DNA of 64,000 nucleotides, taken from a bacterium. GTDB taxonomy: Bacteria > Babelota > Babeliae > Babelales > UBA12409. The stretch spans positions 142,448 to 206,447 of the forward strand of contig JABJKG010000006.1 in assembly GCA_018660415.1 (NCBI GenBank), given 5' to 3'. The position numbers and the translations under genes were made by a program. Positions 21,929 to 30,327 of the stretch are shown one piece after another (within the stretch, counting starts at the first letter, position 1; each line of letters opens with the position of its first letter). Below the pieces are notes generated by a model. That model was not told the origin of the DNA. It did not search any database and worked only from the letters and a program-made list of their open reading frames with translations.

Positions 21929-22447
21929 ATGCATTTTAATGATACTTTCTTTATGCAAGCGGCTTATAAGCAAGCTGTTTGTGCCTATAACCAAAATGAG
22001 GTTCCTATTGGGGCCGTAATAGTTTCTCCTGAAGGGGATATAGTGTCTGCTGCCCATAATAAGGTAGAGCAGACAAATAACCCTTTTGCTCATGCTGAAA
22101 TGTTAGCTATAGAGAGTGCTGCTACTTCTATTGGTGACTGGAGATTGCCGGGGTATTCCATTTATGTTACGCTGGAACCTTGTGCCCTTTGTATGCAGGC
22201 AATAATACGGAGTAGAATCTCTACACTTGTTTTTGCCACACGCTCGATGGTCTATGGGTTTAGCCTTGACACGTGTACGACTTTCCAGTTATACAAAATC
22301 CCTATAACCATTAGAGAGGGTATTGAGCAACAGTTAGCTATGGATTTATTAAAAAAGTTTTTTCAAGAAAAAAGGAGAAACATTAATGGACAAAAAAGAA
22401 AAGAAAGTATCAATGAAACTAAAAGAGATTCAAAAGACTTTACTTGA
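21929..22447 (+). CDS. tadA: tRNA-specific adenosine deaminase
   Basis: It has the CDA-fold zinc motifs HAEMLAI and PCALCMQAI. I moved the start to the Met of MHFNDTFFMQAAY, because the upstream part of the tracked ORF is low-complexity. Confidence 0.85.
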   Translation: MHFNDTFFMQAAYKQAVCAYNQNEVPIGAVIVSPEGDIVSAAHNKVEQTNNPFAHAEMLAIESAATSIGDWRLPGYSIYVTLEPCALCMQAIIRSRISTLVFATRSMVYGFSLDTCTTFQLYKIPITIREGIEQQLAMDLLKKFFQEKRRNINGQKRKESINETKRDSKDFT

Positions 22448-22748
22448 GCGAAAAGCGGCTATTGAGCAGGATCTAGTGCGTATTTCCAATGAAAAGCTAT
22501 CTGATGATCAGGTACAAGACGTTGGAGATCAGGCTTTTACACTGACCATGGAAGCCCTAAGATCTTCCTTGCAGAATAGTGAAAGTGAAGAATATAATAG
22601 GATATTGAAGGCTCTTGAAGCAATTGATGATGGTACCTATGGTATTTGTATTGATTGTTCAGATGATATTTCTGAAAAGCGCTTAAAGCACTATCCCAAT
22701 GCCTCTCGGTGTATTGCATGCCAAGAGATTGCTGAAACGATTGGGTAG
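22386..22748 (+). CDS. DksA/TraR-family C4 zinc-finger protein
   Basis: The 120-aa protein has a coiled-coil N-terminus and CIDCSDDISEKRLKHYPNASRCIACQE (CxxC-x17-CxxC). Its start overlaps the tadA tail, and an alternative Met lies at 22413. Confidence 0.8.
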   Translation: MDKKEKKVSMKLKEIQKTLLERKAAIEQDLVRISNEKLSDDQVQDVGDQAFTLTMEALRSSLQNSESEEYNRILKALEAIDDGTYGICIDCSDDISEKRLKHYPNASRCIACQEIAETIG

Positions 22749-22761
22749 GTGCGTGTATAGG

Positions 22762-22836
22762 GCCGATGTAGCTCAGTGGCAGAGCAATTGATTCGTAATC
22801 AATAGGCCGTCGGTTCAACTCCGATCATCGGCTCCA
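22762..22836 (+). tRNA. tRNA-Thr (CGT), CCA encoded
   Basis: Hand fold: acceptor GCCGATG/CATCGGC, D stem GCTC/GAGC, anticodon stem ATTGA/TCAAT with loop TTCGTAA, T arm GTCGG-TTCAACT-CCGAT, then T-CCA. Confidence 0.85.
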
Positions 22837-22848
22837 TGATTTTGCGCT

Positions 22849-22877
22849 TTGACTTTTTATCACCTAGCATGTAGACT
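22849..22877 (+). promoter_or_regulatory. Candidate sigma70-type promoter of rpsI
   Basis: TTGACT (22849-22854) is separated by 17 nt from TAGACT (22872-22877), about 60 nt upstream of the rpsI start. Confidence 0.4.
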
Positions 22878-22939
22878 TTTAATATAAAAATGGCTTGTAT
22901 TACTATAAAACTTAACGTTACGAAGGCTTTTTGTTAATT

Positions 22940-23425
22940 ATGAAAAAAGCAGAAGAAAAAAAAGAACAAGCAGTAGCAACAAAAACTGTTGCTAAGGCTT
23001 CTCCTCGAAAAGCTGCATCTGCAGCTAAAAAGAGTTCAACCCCTATTTCTCATGGTGTAGGAAGACGAAAATCCTCAGTGGCCCGTGTTTGGTTACGTAA
23101 GGGTTCTGGTGCAGTTACCGTTAACGGTGAAGATTACAAAAAGTATTTTGTAACTTTATTGTCACGGCATAACATTGAAGCGCCGTTCCGTGCGAGCCAA
23201 CAAGCAAATCAATTTGACATTGCTGTCAATGTTTGTGGTGGTGGAAAAGAGTCTCAATCAGGTGCAATTAAGCTTGGGTTTGCTCGAGCATTAGTTAAAT
23301 TTGATGAAACATTACGAACAGCTCTTAGAGCAGCCGGTCTTTTGACTGTTGACTCTCGAGTTAAAGAACGTAAGAAACCAGGTCAAAAAGCAGCTCGTCG
23401 CAAATTCCAATTTGTGAAGCGTTAA
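22940..23425 (+). CDS. rpsI: 30S ribosomal protein S9 with a Lys/Ala-rich N-terminal extension
   Basis: The S9 core is GVGRRKSSVARVWLRKGSGAVTVNG ... KPGQKAARRKFQFVKR. It is preceded by roughly 35 aa, MKKAEEKKEQAVATKTVAKASPRKAASAAKK. I prefer the ATG at 22940 to the TTG at 22931. Confidence 0.93.
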   Translation: MKKAEEKKEQAVATKTVAKASPRKAASAAKKSSTPISHGVGRRKSSVARVWLRKGSGAVTVNGEDYKKYFVTLLSRHNIEAPFRASQQANQFDIAVNVCGGGKESQSGAIKLGFARALVKFDETLRTALRAAGLLTVDSRVKERKKPGQKAARRKFQFVKR

Positions 23426-23456
23426 TAGACCGTCAATTAAGTTTGATTTTTAAGAT

Positions 23457-23486
23457 GGGAATGTACGAAAGTACGTTCCCATTTTT
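23457..23486 (+). terminator. Rho-independent terminator after rpsI
   Basis: A 10-bp stem with one G-U pair, GGGAATGTAC-gaaa-GTACGTTCCC, is followed by ATTTTT. Confidence 0.75.
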
Positions 23487-23993
23487 GCTGCTTATATAAA
23501 ACAGGTAAAATAGAGTAGCTTTAAGCTTTTTTGCGTTAACAGCTTAGTAAGTGAAAATACAGATTAATTTGATTATTTTCTTACAGAAGAAACGGCCCAT
23601 TGAACCCTATGAGGTGGATTCGAGCGACTCAAAGCGAATACAAAAACGAATAAGCATGCCGATAAGGCACACATGAAAACTCTACTTTTATATTTTCTAC
23701 TCATATATTTGAATTATTCTTTCTAATAACCCACAATTTATTTACCCCTTTAGACTATACCTAGCTTAAGCAAGTGTCAACCCCTTAGCAAAAGGCTTTG
23801 TAGGCCTTTGTTTTAAGGGATAAGTGGCTGAGGGTTAATTCAGGTAGAAACAGTTTGTGGGTAAATAAAGGGGAAGTCTGGATGATGAGCGGAAGGTGTT
23901 TTTGAGGTTAAGTTATGCAATTTATTGAATCCATCCCTAGATGCTTATTAGGGTGAGCTAAGATCAATTAAATATGGTATATGGGAGAGTGGT

Positions 23994-24281
23994 ATGACAA
24001 GCAGGCAGTTTAAAAAGCATTTTTTAAGGTTTTTTCTTGGGATTGAAATTATTGTATTTGGGCTAACCTATTTTTGGGGGGCTAATGGTATTCGGGCTTT
24101 GATTAATATGAACAATAAGAACCTTGTCTTGCAGCATAAAGTTGACGGTATAGCAGCAGACATTACAGAGTTGGAGGGTCAGATTGAGCAGTGGCACATT
24201 CATCCCTTTTATCGAGAGCAAATTGCCCGAGAAAAGCTGCAAATGGCCCGTAAAGACGATAATGTCTACTTTGTTAAATAA
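23994..24281 (+). CDS. ftsB: Septum formation initiator (FtsB/DivIC family)
   Basis: The 95-aa protein has a single N-terminal TM segment (FLGIEIIVFGLTYFWG), then a coiled coil. It ends in REQIAREKLQMARKDDNVYFV, which is typical of FtsB/DivIC. Confidence 0.6.
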   Translation: MTSRQFKKHFLRFFLGIEIIVFGLTYFWGANGIRALINMNNKNLVLQHKVDGIAADITELEGQIEQWHIHPFYREQIAREKLQMARKDDNVYFVK

Positions 24282-24290
24282 GGAGCAACA

Positions 24291-25070
24291 GTGAAAAAAG
24301 TATCCTTAGTCGTAATTTTGGGTCTTGTAGTGTTACAGGTATCTGTAATTGAGGCTAAAAAGGCTGTTTCTTGCGTGACAAGGGCACCTAAAGTAGATAG
24401 AGTAAAAAGGAATTTAACCAAAAAAAAGTTGAAAAACAAGAGGATTTTGATGAATTACCCGTATAAACTACCAGAATTGGGATATGCTTTTGATGCCCTT
24501 GAGCCACATATCGACAAAGAAACGATGATTTTACACCTTACAAAGCATCAACAGGCTTATGTTAATAATTTGAACGCTATATTGGAGAATCACCCAGAAT
24601 TGCAAAAACGTTCGTTAGAAGACATTTTAAGTGACTTAAAATCGGTTCCTGAGGCTATTCGCCAAGGTGTTATCAATCAGGGTGGTGGTGTCCTCAACCA
24701 TACCATGTTCTGGACGATGATGAGTCCTCAGGGTGGTGGAGAACCTACAGGAGAGATTTTAGAGGCTATAAAGGCTAATTTTGGGTCATATGAGGCATTT
24801 AAAGAACAGTTTACCCAAACTGCCAAAAAGCTATTTGGTTCAGGTTGGGTCTGGTTGTCAGTCGATAAAGATGGCAAGTTGATTATGTCTACTTCTCCAG
24901 ATCAAGAAACACCACTTTCAGATGGTCTCAAGCCAGTAATGTGCTTTGATGTATGGGAGCATGCTTATTACTTAAAATATCAGAATAGGCGGCCAGAATA
25001 TATTGATGCTTGGTGGCACGTGGTGGACTGGGATCAAATTAACAGGAATTATATAGAGAGTAAAAAGTAA
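24291..25070 (+). CDS. Fe/Mn superoxide dismutase, possibly with an N-terminal signal peptide
   Basis: The core is YKLPELGYAFDALEPHIDKETMILHLTKHQQAYVNNLN ... DVWEHAYYLKYQNRRPEYI. The long form starts at GTG 24291, with AGGAG 5 nt upstream, and adds MKKVSLVVILGLVVLQVSVIEA plus a basic linker. An internal ATG at 24450 also has an AGAGGA site. Confidence 0.9.
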   Translation: MKKVSLVVILGLVVLQVSVIEAKKAVSCVTRAPKVDRVKRNLTKKKLKNKRILMNYPYKLPELGYAFDALEPHIDKETMILHLTKHQQAYVNNLNAILENHPELQKRSLEDILSDLKSVPEAIRQGVINQGGGVLNHTMFWTMMSPQGGGEPTGEILEAIKANFGSYEAFKEQFTQTAKKLFGSGWVWLSVDKDGKLIMSTSPDQETPLSDGLKPVMCFDVWEHAYYLKYQNRRPEYIDAWWHVVDWDQINRNYIESKK

Positions 25071-25145
25071 GCCAAAAGCAGTGGTTTTATTGTTTACTTT
25101 AATGGGCTTTATAGTATGGTGTTAGCATTACATTTTAATATTAAC

Positions 25146-25667
25146 ATGAAAGGTTCCATTGTGAATTATAATTCCTATTTGTTAAGTCTATTGCTTCTTA
25201 TGTCTCCTATGCTTAAAGCTAAATCTGATGATTCTCATGCAGCATGCATTAAAGAACTATCTCCCTTAGTAGCCCAAATGATAAAGAGTTTTCCTGCTGT
25301 AGTCGGTGCTGTAATACGGTCCGAACTGCAACATGAAAGTATGGCAGAAGAGAGAGGCGTTGTTATGGATCAAGAATCAAGGACTATGGTTTTATTTGAA
25401 AAGGAAGTAAGGCAAGGTACTGTTGTTGCAGATATGGCGCGGGCAATATGTGAAAGAGCTGATTTTACGAAGGAAGAGCTGCAGGCTTTAAAGGGAGTTG
25501 CTCAGAGTTCTGCATTGAGAAAAGCTCTGTCCCCAAAGGTTTTAGAGGATACTATTGAGGTTGGTATGAGAGAATCTCTAGAAAGGCTTGGTGAGCTTGT
25601 TTTCGAAGCTAAGTGGGCAGCTTTTAATCATGCTAAAGAACAAGGGACTGCTAAACAAGAAAGTTAG
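25146..25667 (+). CDS. Hypothetical secreted protein
   Basis: I placed the start at MKGSIVNYNSYLLSLLLLMSPMLKA. The protein looks helical and charged, and I recognise no motif. Confidence 0.45.
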   Translation: MKGSIVNYNSYLLSLLLLMSPMLKAKSDDSHAACIKELSPLVAQMIKSFPAVVGAVIRSELQHESMAEERGVVMDQESRTMVLFEKEVRQGTVVADMARAICERADFTKEELQALKGVAQSSALRKALSPKVLEDTIEVGMRESLERLGELVFEAKWAAFNHAKEQGTAKQES

Positions 25668-25688
25668 TTGTAAAAATTATCTAAAAAA

Positions 25689-25714
25689 AGGGGCCACATT
25701 AACTTGTGGCCTCT
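25689..25714. terminator. Bidirectional rho-independent terminator
   Basis: The hairpin AGGGGCCACA-ttaact-TGTGGCCTCT is flanked by an A-run upstream and a T-run downstream. It lies between two convergent genes. Confidence 0.75.
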
Positions 25715-25738
25715 TTTTAGAATATTAAGTGGGTTATT

Positions 25739-26068
25739 CTATGGAGTAGCAATGAGCTGTGGTCCAATTTTATATACAGCATAAGCCGCACCTGCAGTAA
25801 TGGCAGCTGCAATTATATAACGTTTTGTATATAAAGAATAAAGACTATAGGCTGCTACACCAGTTGCTACACCGGCAGCAACATAGGGGTGTTCTTGCGC
25901 TGCAGTAGAGGTAGCCTCTTTAGCTTTAACCATTGCTTCTATGGCAGCTTCTTTAGAAGGAGCATACTTGAGAACTTCATGGCGAATTTCTGGGGCGCTG
26001 GGTAGTTGATATGCTTGTGAGCAATTTAACATCAAAAGACTGAGCGATAAGATTAATATTTTTTTCAT
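25739..26068 (-). CDS. Small secreted paralog (family B) with a C-terminal bilobed Gly/Ala-rich hydrophobic domain
   Basis: The signal peptide is MKKILILSLSLLMLNCSQA. The C-terminus reads AQEHPYVAAGVATGVAAYSLYSLY-TKRY-IIAAAITAGAAYAVYKIG. Confidence 0.6.
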   Translation of the reverse strand: MKKILILSLSLLMLNCSQAYQLPSAPEIRHEVLKYAPSKEAAIEAMVKAKEATSTAAQEHPYVAAGVATGVAAYSLYSLYTKRYIIAAAITAGAAYAVYKIGPQLIATP

Positions 26069-26261
26069 ATTGATTCCTTTTTAATTACAATATTTCATCA
26101 GTGTGGTGTTAGTATCTCAGATAGTGTGATTTTTGCAAAGGTCCTTATTGATGTGTCATATCGAAGGTTATTTTATAGCAGAAAGGATTTAATAGGATTT
26201 TCTATACGTGGAGTAAAGCATTGTTGATAAGCAGAATGAAAAGTAGATTGATACAAAGAAA

Positions 26262-26287
26262 AGAGGCCACAAATTAATGTGGCCTCT
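26262..26287 (-). terminator. Rho-independent terminator downstream of 26311..26826
   Basis: The hairpin AGAGGCCAC-aaattaat-GTGGCCTCT is followed by TTTTCTTT on the minus strand. It is related in sequence to the 25689-25714 hairpin. Confidence 0.75.
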
Positions 26288-26310
26288 TTTCTTTGTAAAT
26301 TGAGTGATAA

Positions 26311-26826
26311 CTATCTTTGAATAGAACTTAAATCTATTTCAGGACAGAATGTATAGGCAGCATAACCAGCTCCTACAAGAGCAGTATAATAACCAGCAAA
26401 TCCAGTAGCAGCAATAAGAGCCGCTTTTTTATTTTTATAACGTTTATATACAGTAGCATAAAAAATACCTGTATAGGCTACACCAAGAGCAGCGAGGCCA
26501 GCGATGTATGGGTGTTCTTGAGCAGCGTCAACTACAGCATTTTTAGCCATAGTAGCCTTATCAATTACTACATCCTTAGCTACAGTAGCACCGTCAACAA
26601 GAGCATCTTTAGCTGAATTGGCAGTAGCAACAACTGTTTCCTGAGAAGGTACATACTCAAGACCTTTTTGTACAATCCATGCTTGACCAACAGCTTCTTT
26701 AGTCGGCACATATTTGATAGCTTCATTGTAAGTGTTTTTAACACTTTCAGGCATAGTAGGCAAAGTAAAAGCCTGTGAGCCAGCCAATGTCAAAAGACCA
26801 AGTGATAAAATTAATATTTTCTTCAT
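26311..26826 (-). CDS. Small secreted paralog (family B)
   Basis: I placed the start at MKKILILSLGLLTLAGSQA. The protein has three approximate 11-residue repeats (AKDALVDGATV / AKDVVIDKATM / AKNAVVDAAQE). These are followed by EHPYIAGLAALGVAYTGIFYATVY-KRYKNKK-AALIAATGFAGYYTALVGAGYAAY. Confidence 0.6.
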   Translation of the reverse strand: MKKILILSLGLLTLAGSQAFTLPTMPESVKNTYNEAIKYVPTKEAVGQAWIVQKGLEYVPSQETVVATANSAKDALVDGATVAKDVVIDKATMAKNAVVDAAQEHPYIAGLAALGVAYTGIFYATVYKRYKNKKAALIAATGFAGYYTALVGAGYAAYTFCPEIDLSSIQR

Positions 26827-27118
26827 ATTGATTCCTTCCATTTAAATTACAATATCTAACCATTGTGATATAAGTATCGCAAATAGAAGCTGTTTGCGCA
26901 AAAGCCCCCATTGGCACACCCTATTGGATGTGTTGAAGGAAGTGGGAATGAGCTTTTCAGTGGTAAAAGCACTTTTTGAGGTTGAAATAAGGCCAAACCA
27001 TTGATTTGATCGACCCTTTGAGGTATTATTTCAGATAGGGTATTATGTATTAAATAGATTTTGCTTTATGGCTCCGCTTATGCAGTGCTTTATTTGCTTA
27101 AAAATGGAGATTTATAAT

Positions 27119-27775
27119 ATGGTTACTAAAAAGTTGTTTTTAATTATTTCATGTCTTTTGCCTGTTGGATTATTTGGGATGCAAGCTGGATCTTCTTTTA
27201 TGAAGGCTGCAGCACGTCCTGGAGTTTTATCTAGAATTAAGATGCCAATGGGACAACGAAATTTTTATGATTTAAGTTTATTGCCGTCAGTTTCAGATCA
27301 TCCTATATTGCTTGCTTCGATTGGTGGATTTGGGGCGTTAGAATATGGCGCTATGCGATATGGATATAAGCGTCCAAGTGTAGTACTTGGGGCAGCGTTT
27401 AATAGAATTCGTCCAGCTACCCGTAACGACCTTAAGGCTGAGGTAGAGAAGCTGCTTGAGCAAACTCAGCAAGAATATAAAAAGCATGGCGTAAAGGTTG
27501 ATGTCCTTCAAGAACAAACAAGGAAAGACTTTTCTCAAATGGGGCAGAAGGTTGAAGGAGTTGAGATTATTGCCAGAGATTCTAGTGCTAAAGTAGGGCA
27601 GATGGAAAATCGTGTTAAAGCTTTTTCCGGTATTTTAAACAATGTAACTACTCAGATTCATAGTTTGCCTGAAGACGTTCAGAGAAAAATTGTACAAGAT
27701 CCTGCGTTTAGACAAGGTCTTCAAGATGATATCAAGGCTGCCATTGATCAGGCTGTTGAAGAGCATGGCGCATAA
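27119..27775 (+). CDS. Hypothetical signal-anchored coiled-coil protein (family C)
   Basis: I placed the start at MVTKKLFLIISCLLPVGLFG. It shares the RYGYKRP segment with the next gene. The C-terminal half is heptad-rich. Confidence 0.5.
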   Translation: MVTKKLFLIISCLLPVGLFGMQAGSSFMKAAARPGVLSRIKMPMGQRNFYDLSLLPSVSDHPILLASIGGFGALEYGAMRYGYKRPSVVLGAAFNRIRPATRNDLKAEVEKLLEQTQQEYKKHGVKVDVLQEQTRKDFSQMGQKVEGVEIIARDSSAKVGQMENRVKAFSGILNNVTTQIHSLPEDVQRKIVQDPAFRQGLQDDIKAAIDQAVEEHGA

Positions 27776-27791
27776 CATAAAAGGAAACAAC

Positions 27792-28583
27792 ATGGTTAGA
27801 AATATTTTTATTGGTTTGCTTGGGTGTATGTTATTTATACCGATGTTTCCACAAAATGAAACGGTGGCGCCTCAGGGTATCGTTGCTCAATATCAAGAAT
27901 ACAAAAAAGAACATCCTGTTGTAGCTGAAAAAGCTGAGCAAGTAGCTAAAGGAGTTGCTGTTGTAGGAGTAGGGGCGCTTTTGTGGCGTCGATATGGCTA
28001 CAATACACCACGACATCTTAAGCGAATGTTTGGTAAAGTATCAGCAGAACGAGGTCATTTAGCTGGGCAATATAATACTCAACTTGATTTGCTAGCTTCA
28101 ACATATCAGCATGGGTTTAAACGACTTGGAGAACAGCTTGGTTCAAAGGAGCAAGCGTTAAAATCTTTAGATAATCACTTAACTTCTTTACTTACTGGGG
28201 TAGCGCGTTTGAATGCTAAAAGTTTAGCTGCCGAACAAGTACTTGCCAAAAGCCCAGCTGTAATTGCTAATAAAGCTGTTGTTGGAATTGGTCAAGTAGT
28301 CAAGAGTGAAGCTAGAGATGCTATTGCTCAAGGGCTTAAGAAGAATGATAAGTTTGCGCAGTTGCTTGGTATTAAAAAACCAGCAAAACCGATCTTGCCA
28401 CAGCTTATACAAGAAAATCGTATACTCATGCCGAATGCAATGTACCCTGTTATTCCATGTGGTGCAGCAGCAGCGTTAGCTATTGAAGGTCCGCGGTTTA
28501 GTGGTTCAGCTACTGGCTTCAATATGCCTCAAGGTGAATTCAACTCACTTGAGCTTTACGAAGTTGGCAACCAATTTTGCTAG
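27792..28583 (+). CDS. Hypothetical signal-anchored protein (family C paralog)
   Basis: I placed the start at MVRNIFIGLLGCMLFIPMF, with AAGGAAA upstream. It has VAVVGVGALLWRRYGYNTP, which parallels the previous gene. Confidence 0.5.
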   Translation: MVRNIFIGLLGCMLFIPMFPQNETVAPQGIVAQYQEYKKEHPVVAEKAEQVAKGVAVVGVGALLWRRYGYNTPRHLKRMFGKVSAERGHLAGQYNTQLDLLASTYQHGFKRLGEQLGSKEQALKSLDNHLTSLLTGVARLNAKSLAAEQVLAKSPAVIANKAVVGIGQVVKSEARDAIAQGLKKNDKFAQLLGIKKPAKPILPQLIQENRILMPNAMYPVIPCGAAAALAIEGPRFSGSATGFNMPQGEFNSLELYEVGNQFC

Positions 28584-28696
28584 AAATTAGCACCGATTGA
28601 TATCCGACAATTTAACCTGTTGTTCTGGAAAATTTTGTTACAAACTGATATACTCAAGAAAACTTATTTATTGAAATTAAATACGATTGATTGATA

Positions 28697-30208
28697 ATGT
28701 CAGACAAGAAAAATAAAGATGTACAAGAGCAGCCTGAGGTTGTTGTAGAGCATGATGGTTCTCAAGAGCATGAAGTTCGCTTACAAAAAGTTAAAGAATT
28801 ACAAGAACAGGGCATAGATCCTTGGCCTACAATGAAGCCCGTTTCAGCGTCTTGTGATAAGGTTGTTTCTGAGTTTAAGGAAGACCAAGAGCAAGAATAT
28901 ACTGTTGCAGGTAGACTTATGACTATTCGTGAGCATGGTAAAAGCATTTTTTGTACTCTTCAAGACCGTACTGGCAGACTTCAAGTCTATATCAAAAAAG
29001 ATCTCATTGGAGAACCCGCATTTGAGTTCTTTAAAAAGTATATTGATACTGGTGATATTGTTTGGTTTAGTGGATCCGTATTTAAGACTAGGATGGGTGA
29101 GATTACCCTTAAGGCACAAGAGTTGACCTTAATGAGTAAGTGCCTGCATCCATTGCCTGAAAAGTGGCATGGTATTGCCGATAAAGAACTTAAGTATCGA
29201 CAACGATATTTAGACTTGATGAGTAATGAAGATTCTAGAAAAAAATTCAAAATTCGTTCTGATGTTGTTGCATTCATGCGGCGCTTTCTTGATGATCAAG
29301 AGTTTATGGAAGTTGAAACGCCGATGTTGCACCCTATTCCGGGTGGTGCTGCAGCCAAGCCTTTTGTTACACATCACAATGCATTACATATGGAACTGTT
29401 CATGCGCATTGCGCCAGAGCTTTATTTAAAGCGTTTGGTTGTTGGTGGCTTTGAACGTGTTTATGAAATCAATCGTAATTTTCGTAATGAGGGAATTTCA
29501 ACACGACATAATCCTGAGTTTACTATGCTTGAGCTTTACATGGCTCACGCTGATTACAATTTCATGATGAACTTTATTGAACAAATGTTACATACATTAG
29601 TGCAAAAGGTCTGTGGTGAAAGTAAGCTTCCTTTTGGTGATCATGTTTTAGACTTTGGAAAACCCTTTGATCGTATTTCTGCTAAAGAAGCAATCTTGAA
29701 ATACAGTGATGTTAAGGCAGCTGCACTAACTGCAAAAACTATTGATGCTACACTAAAAAAGCATGATGTTAAGTTTGATAAGAAAAAATCATTAAATGAA
29801 AAAATCTTCTTATTATTCGAAGAGGTAGCAGAGTCTAAGTTAATACAGCCTACATATATAATTGATTTTCCAGTAGAGATTTCTCCTCTATCTAAACGTA
29901 GTAAGGATGATCCTTCCATTGCAGCACGTTTTGAACTGTTTGTTGCAGGGATGGAAATCAGTAACGGGTTTAGTGAGTTGAATGATCCGTTTGATCAAGC
30001 TGAACGCTTTAAGCATCAAGTTGCTGCACAAGCTGCAGGTGATGAAGAGGCACATCAATATGATGCTGACTATATCCACGCGCTTGAGTATGGATTACCT
30101 CCTACGTGTGGTGTTGGTATTGGTATCGATCGCTTAATTATGTTGTTAACAGACACCACTTCGATTAAAGATGTCATCTTATTCCCAACATTAAAAAAAC
30201 AAAAATAA
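28697..30208 (+). CDS. lysS: Lysine--tRNA ligase, class II
   Basis: An OB-fold N-terminus is followed by the class II motifs FMEVETPMLHPIPGGAAAKPF, ERVYEINRNFRNEG and GVGIGIDRLIMLL. Confidence 0.95.
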   Translation: MSDKKNKDVQEQPEVVVEHDGSQEHEVRLQKVKELQEQGIDPWPTMKPVSASCDKVVSEFKEDQEQEYTVAGRLMTIREHGKSIFCTLQDRTGRLQVYIKKDLIGEPAFEFFKKYIDTGDIVWFSGSVFKTRMGEITLKAQELTLMSKCLHPLPEKWHGIADKELKYRQRYLDLMSNEDSRKKFKIRSDVVAFMRRFLDDQEFMEVETPMLHPIPGGAAAKPFVTHHNALHMELFMRIAPELYLKRLVVGGFERVYEINRNFRNEGISTRHNPEFTMLELYMAHADYNFMMNFIEQMLHTLVQKVCGESKLPFGDHVLDFGKPFDRISAKEAILKYSDVKAAALTAKTIDATLKKHDVKFDKKKSLNEKIFLLFEEVAESKLIQPTYIIDFPVEISPLSKRSKDDPSIAARFELFVAGMEISNGFSELNDPFDQAERFKHQVAAQAAGDEEAHQYDADYIHALEYGLPPTCGVGIGIDRLIMLLTDTTSIKDVILFPTLKKQK

Positions 30209-30327
30209 TTTAGACGCGTATTGCGTTGACCGTTATTAGTTTTGTCTTTACACTTTTATTAAATGCCTTAACAATTTTTGTTGAAAAAAGGTAATTCATT
30301 ATTTAATCATTGTGTATAAGGTGTGCT

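Noticed and set aside
23597-23730. tmRNA (ssrA) gene call
   Set aside because: The GGATTCGAG and GCATGCCGA motifs and a TAATAA double stop look tmRNA-like. However, I could not find a G-rich 5' acceptor strand with a G3-U70 pair, a T arm or a complementary 3' acceptor strand in either the standard or the permuted arrangement. The implied tag (…LLLYFLLIYLNYSF) is also implausibly hydrophobic. I kept it only as a candidate in the findings.
23867-23898. RNase P RNA call from a GGGGAAGTCTGG CR-I-like motif
   Set aside because: An RNase P RNA starting here would have to run about 300 nt into the well-supported ftsB CDS. The CR-V-like motif at 23580 lies upstream rather than downstream of it.
27068-28583. 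Overlapping tracked ORFs 27068..27775 and 27690..28583 as a frameshifted pseudogene
   Set aside because: Each ORF has an internal Met followed by a good signal or anchor sequence, and the second is preceded by an RBS. With those starts (27119 and 27792) the genes do not overlap.
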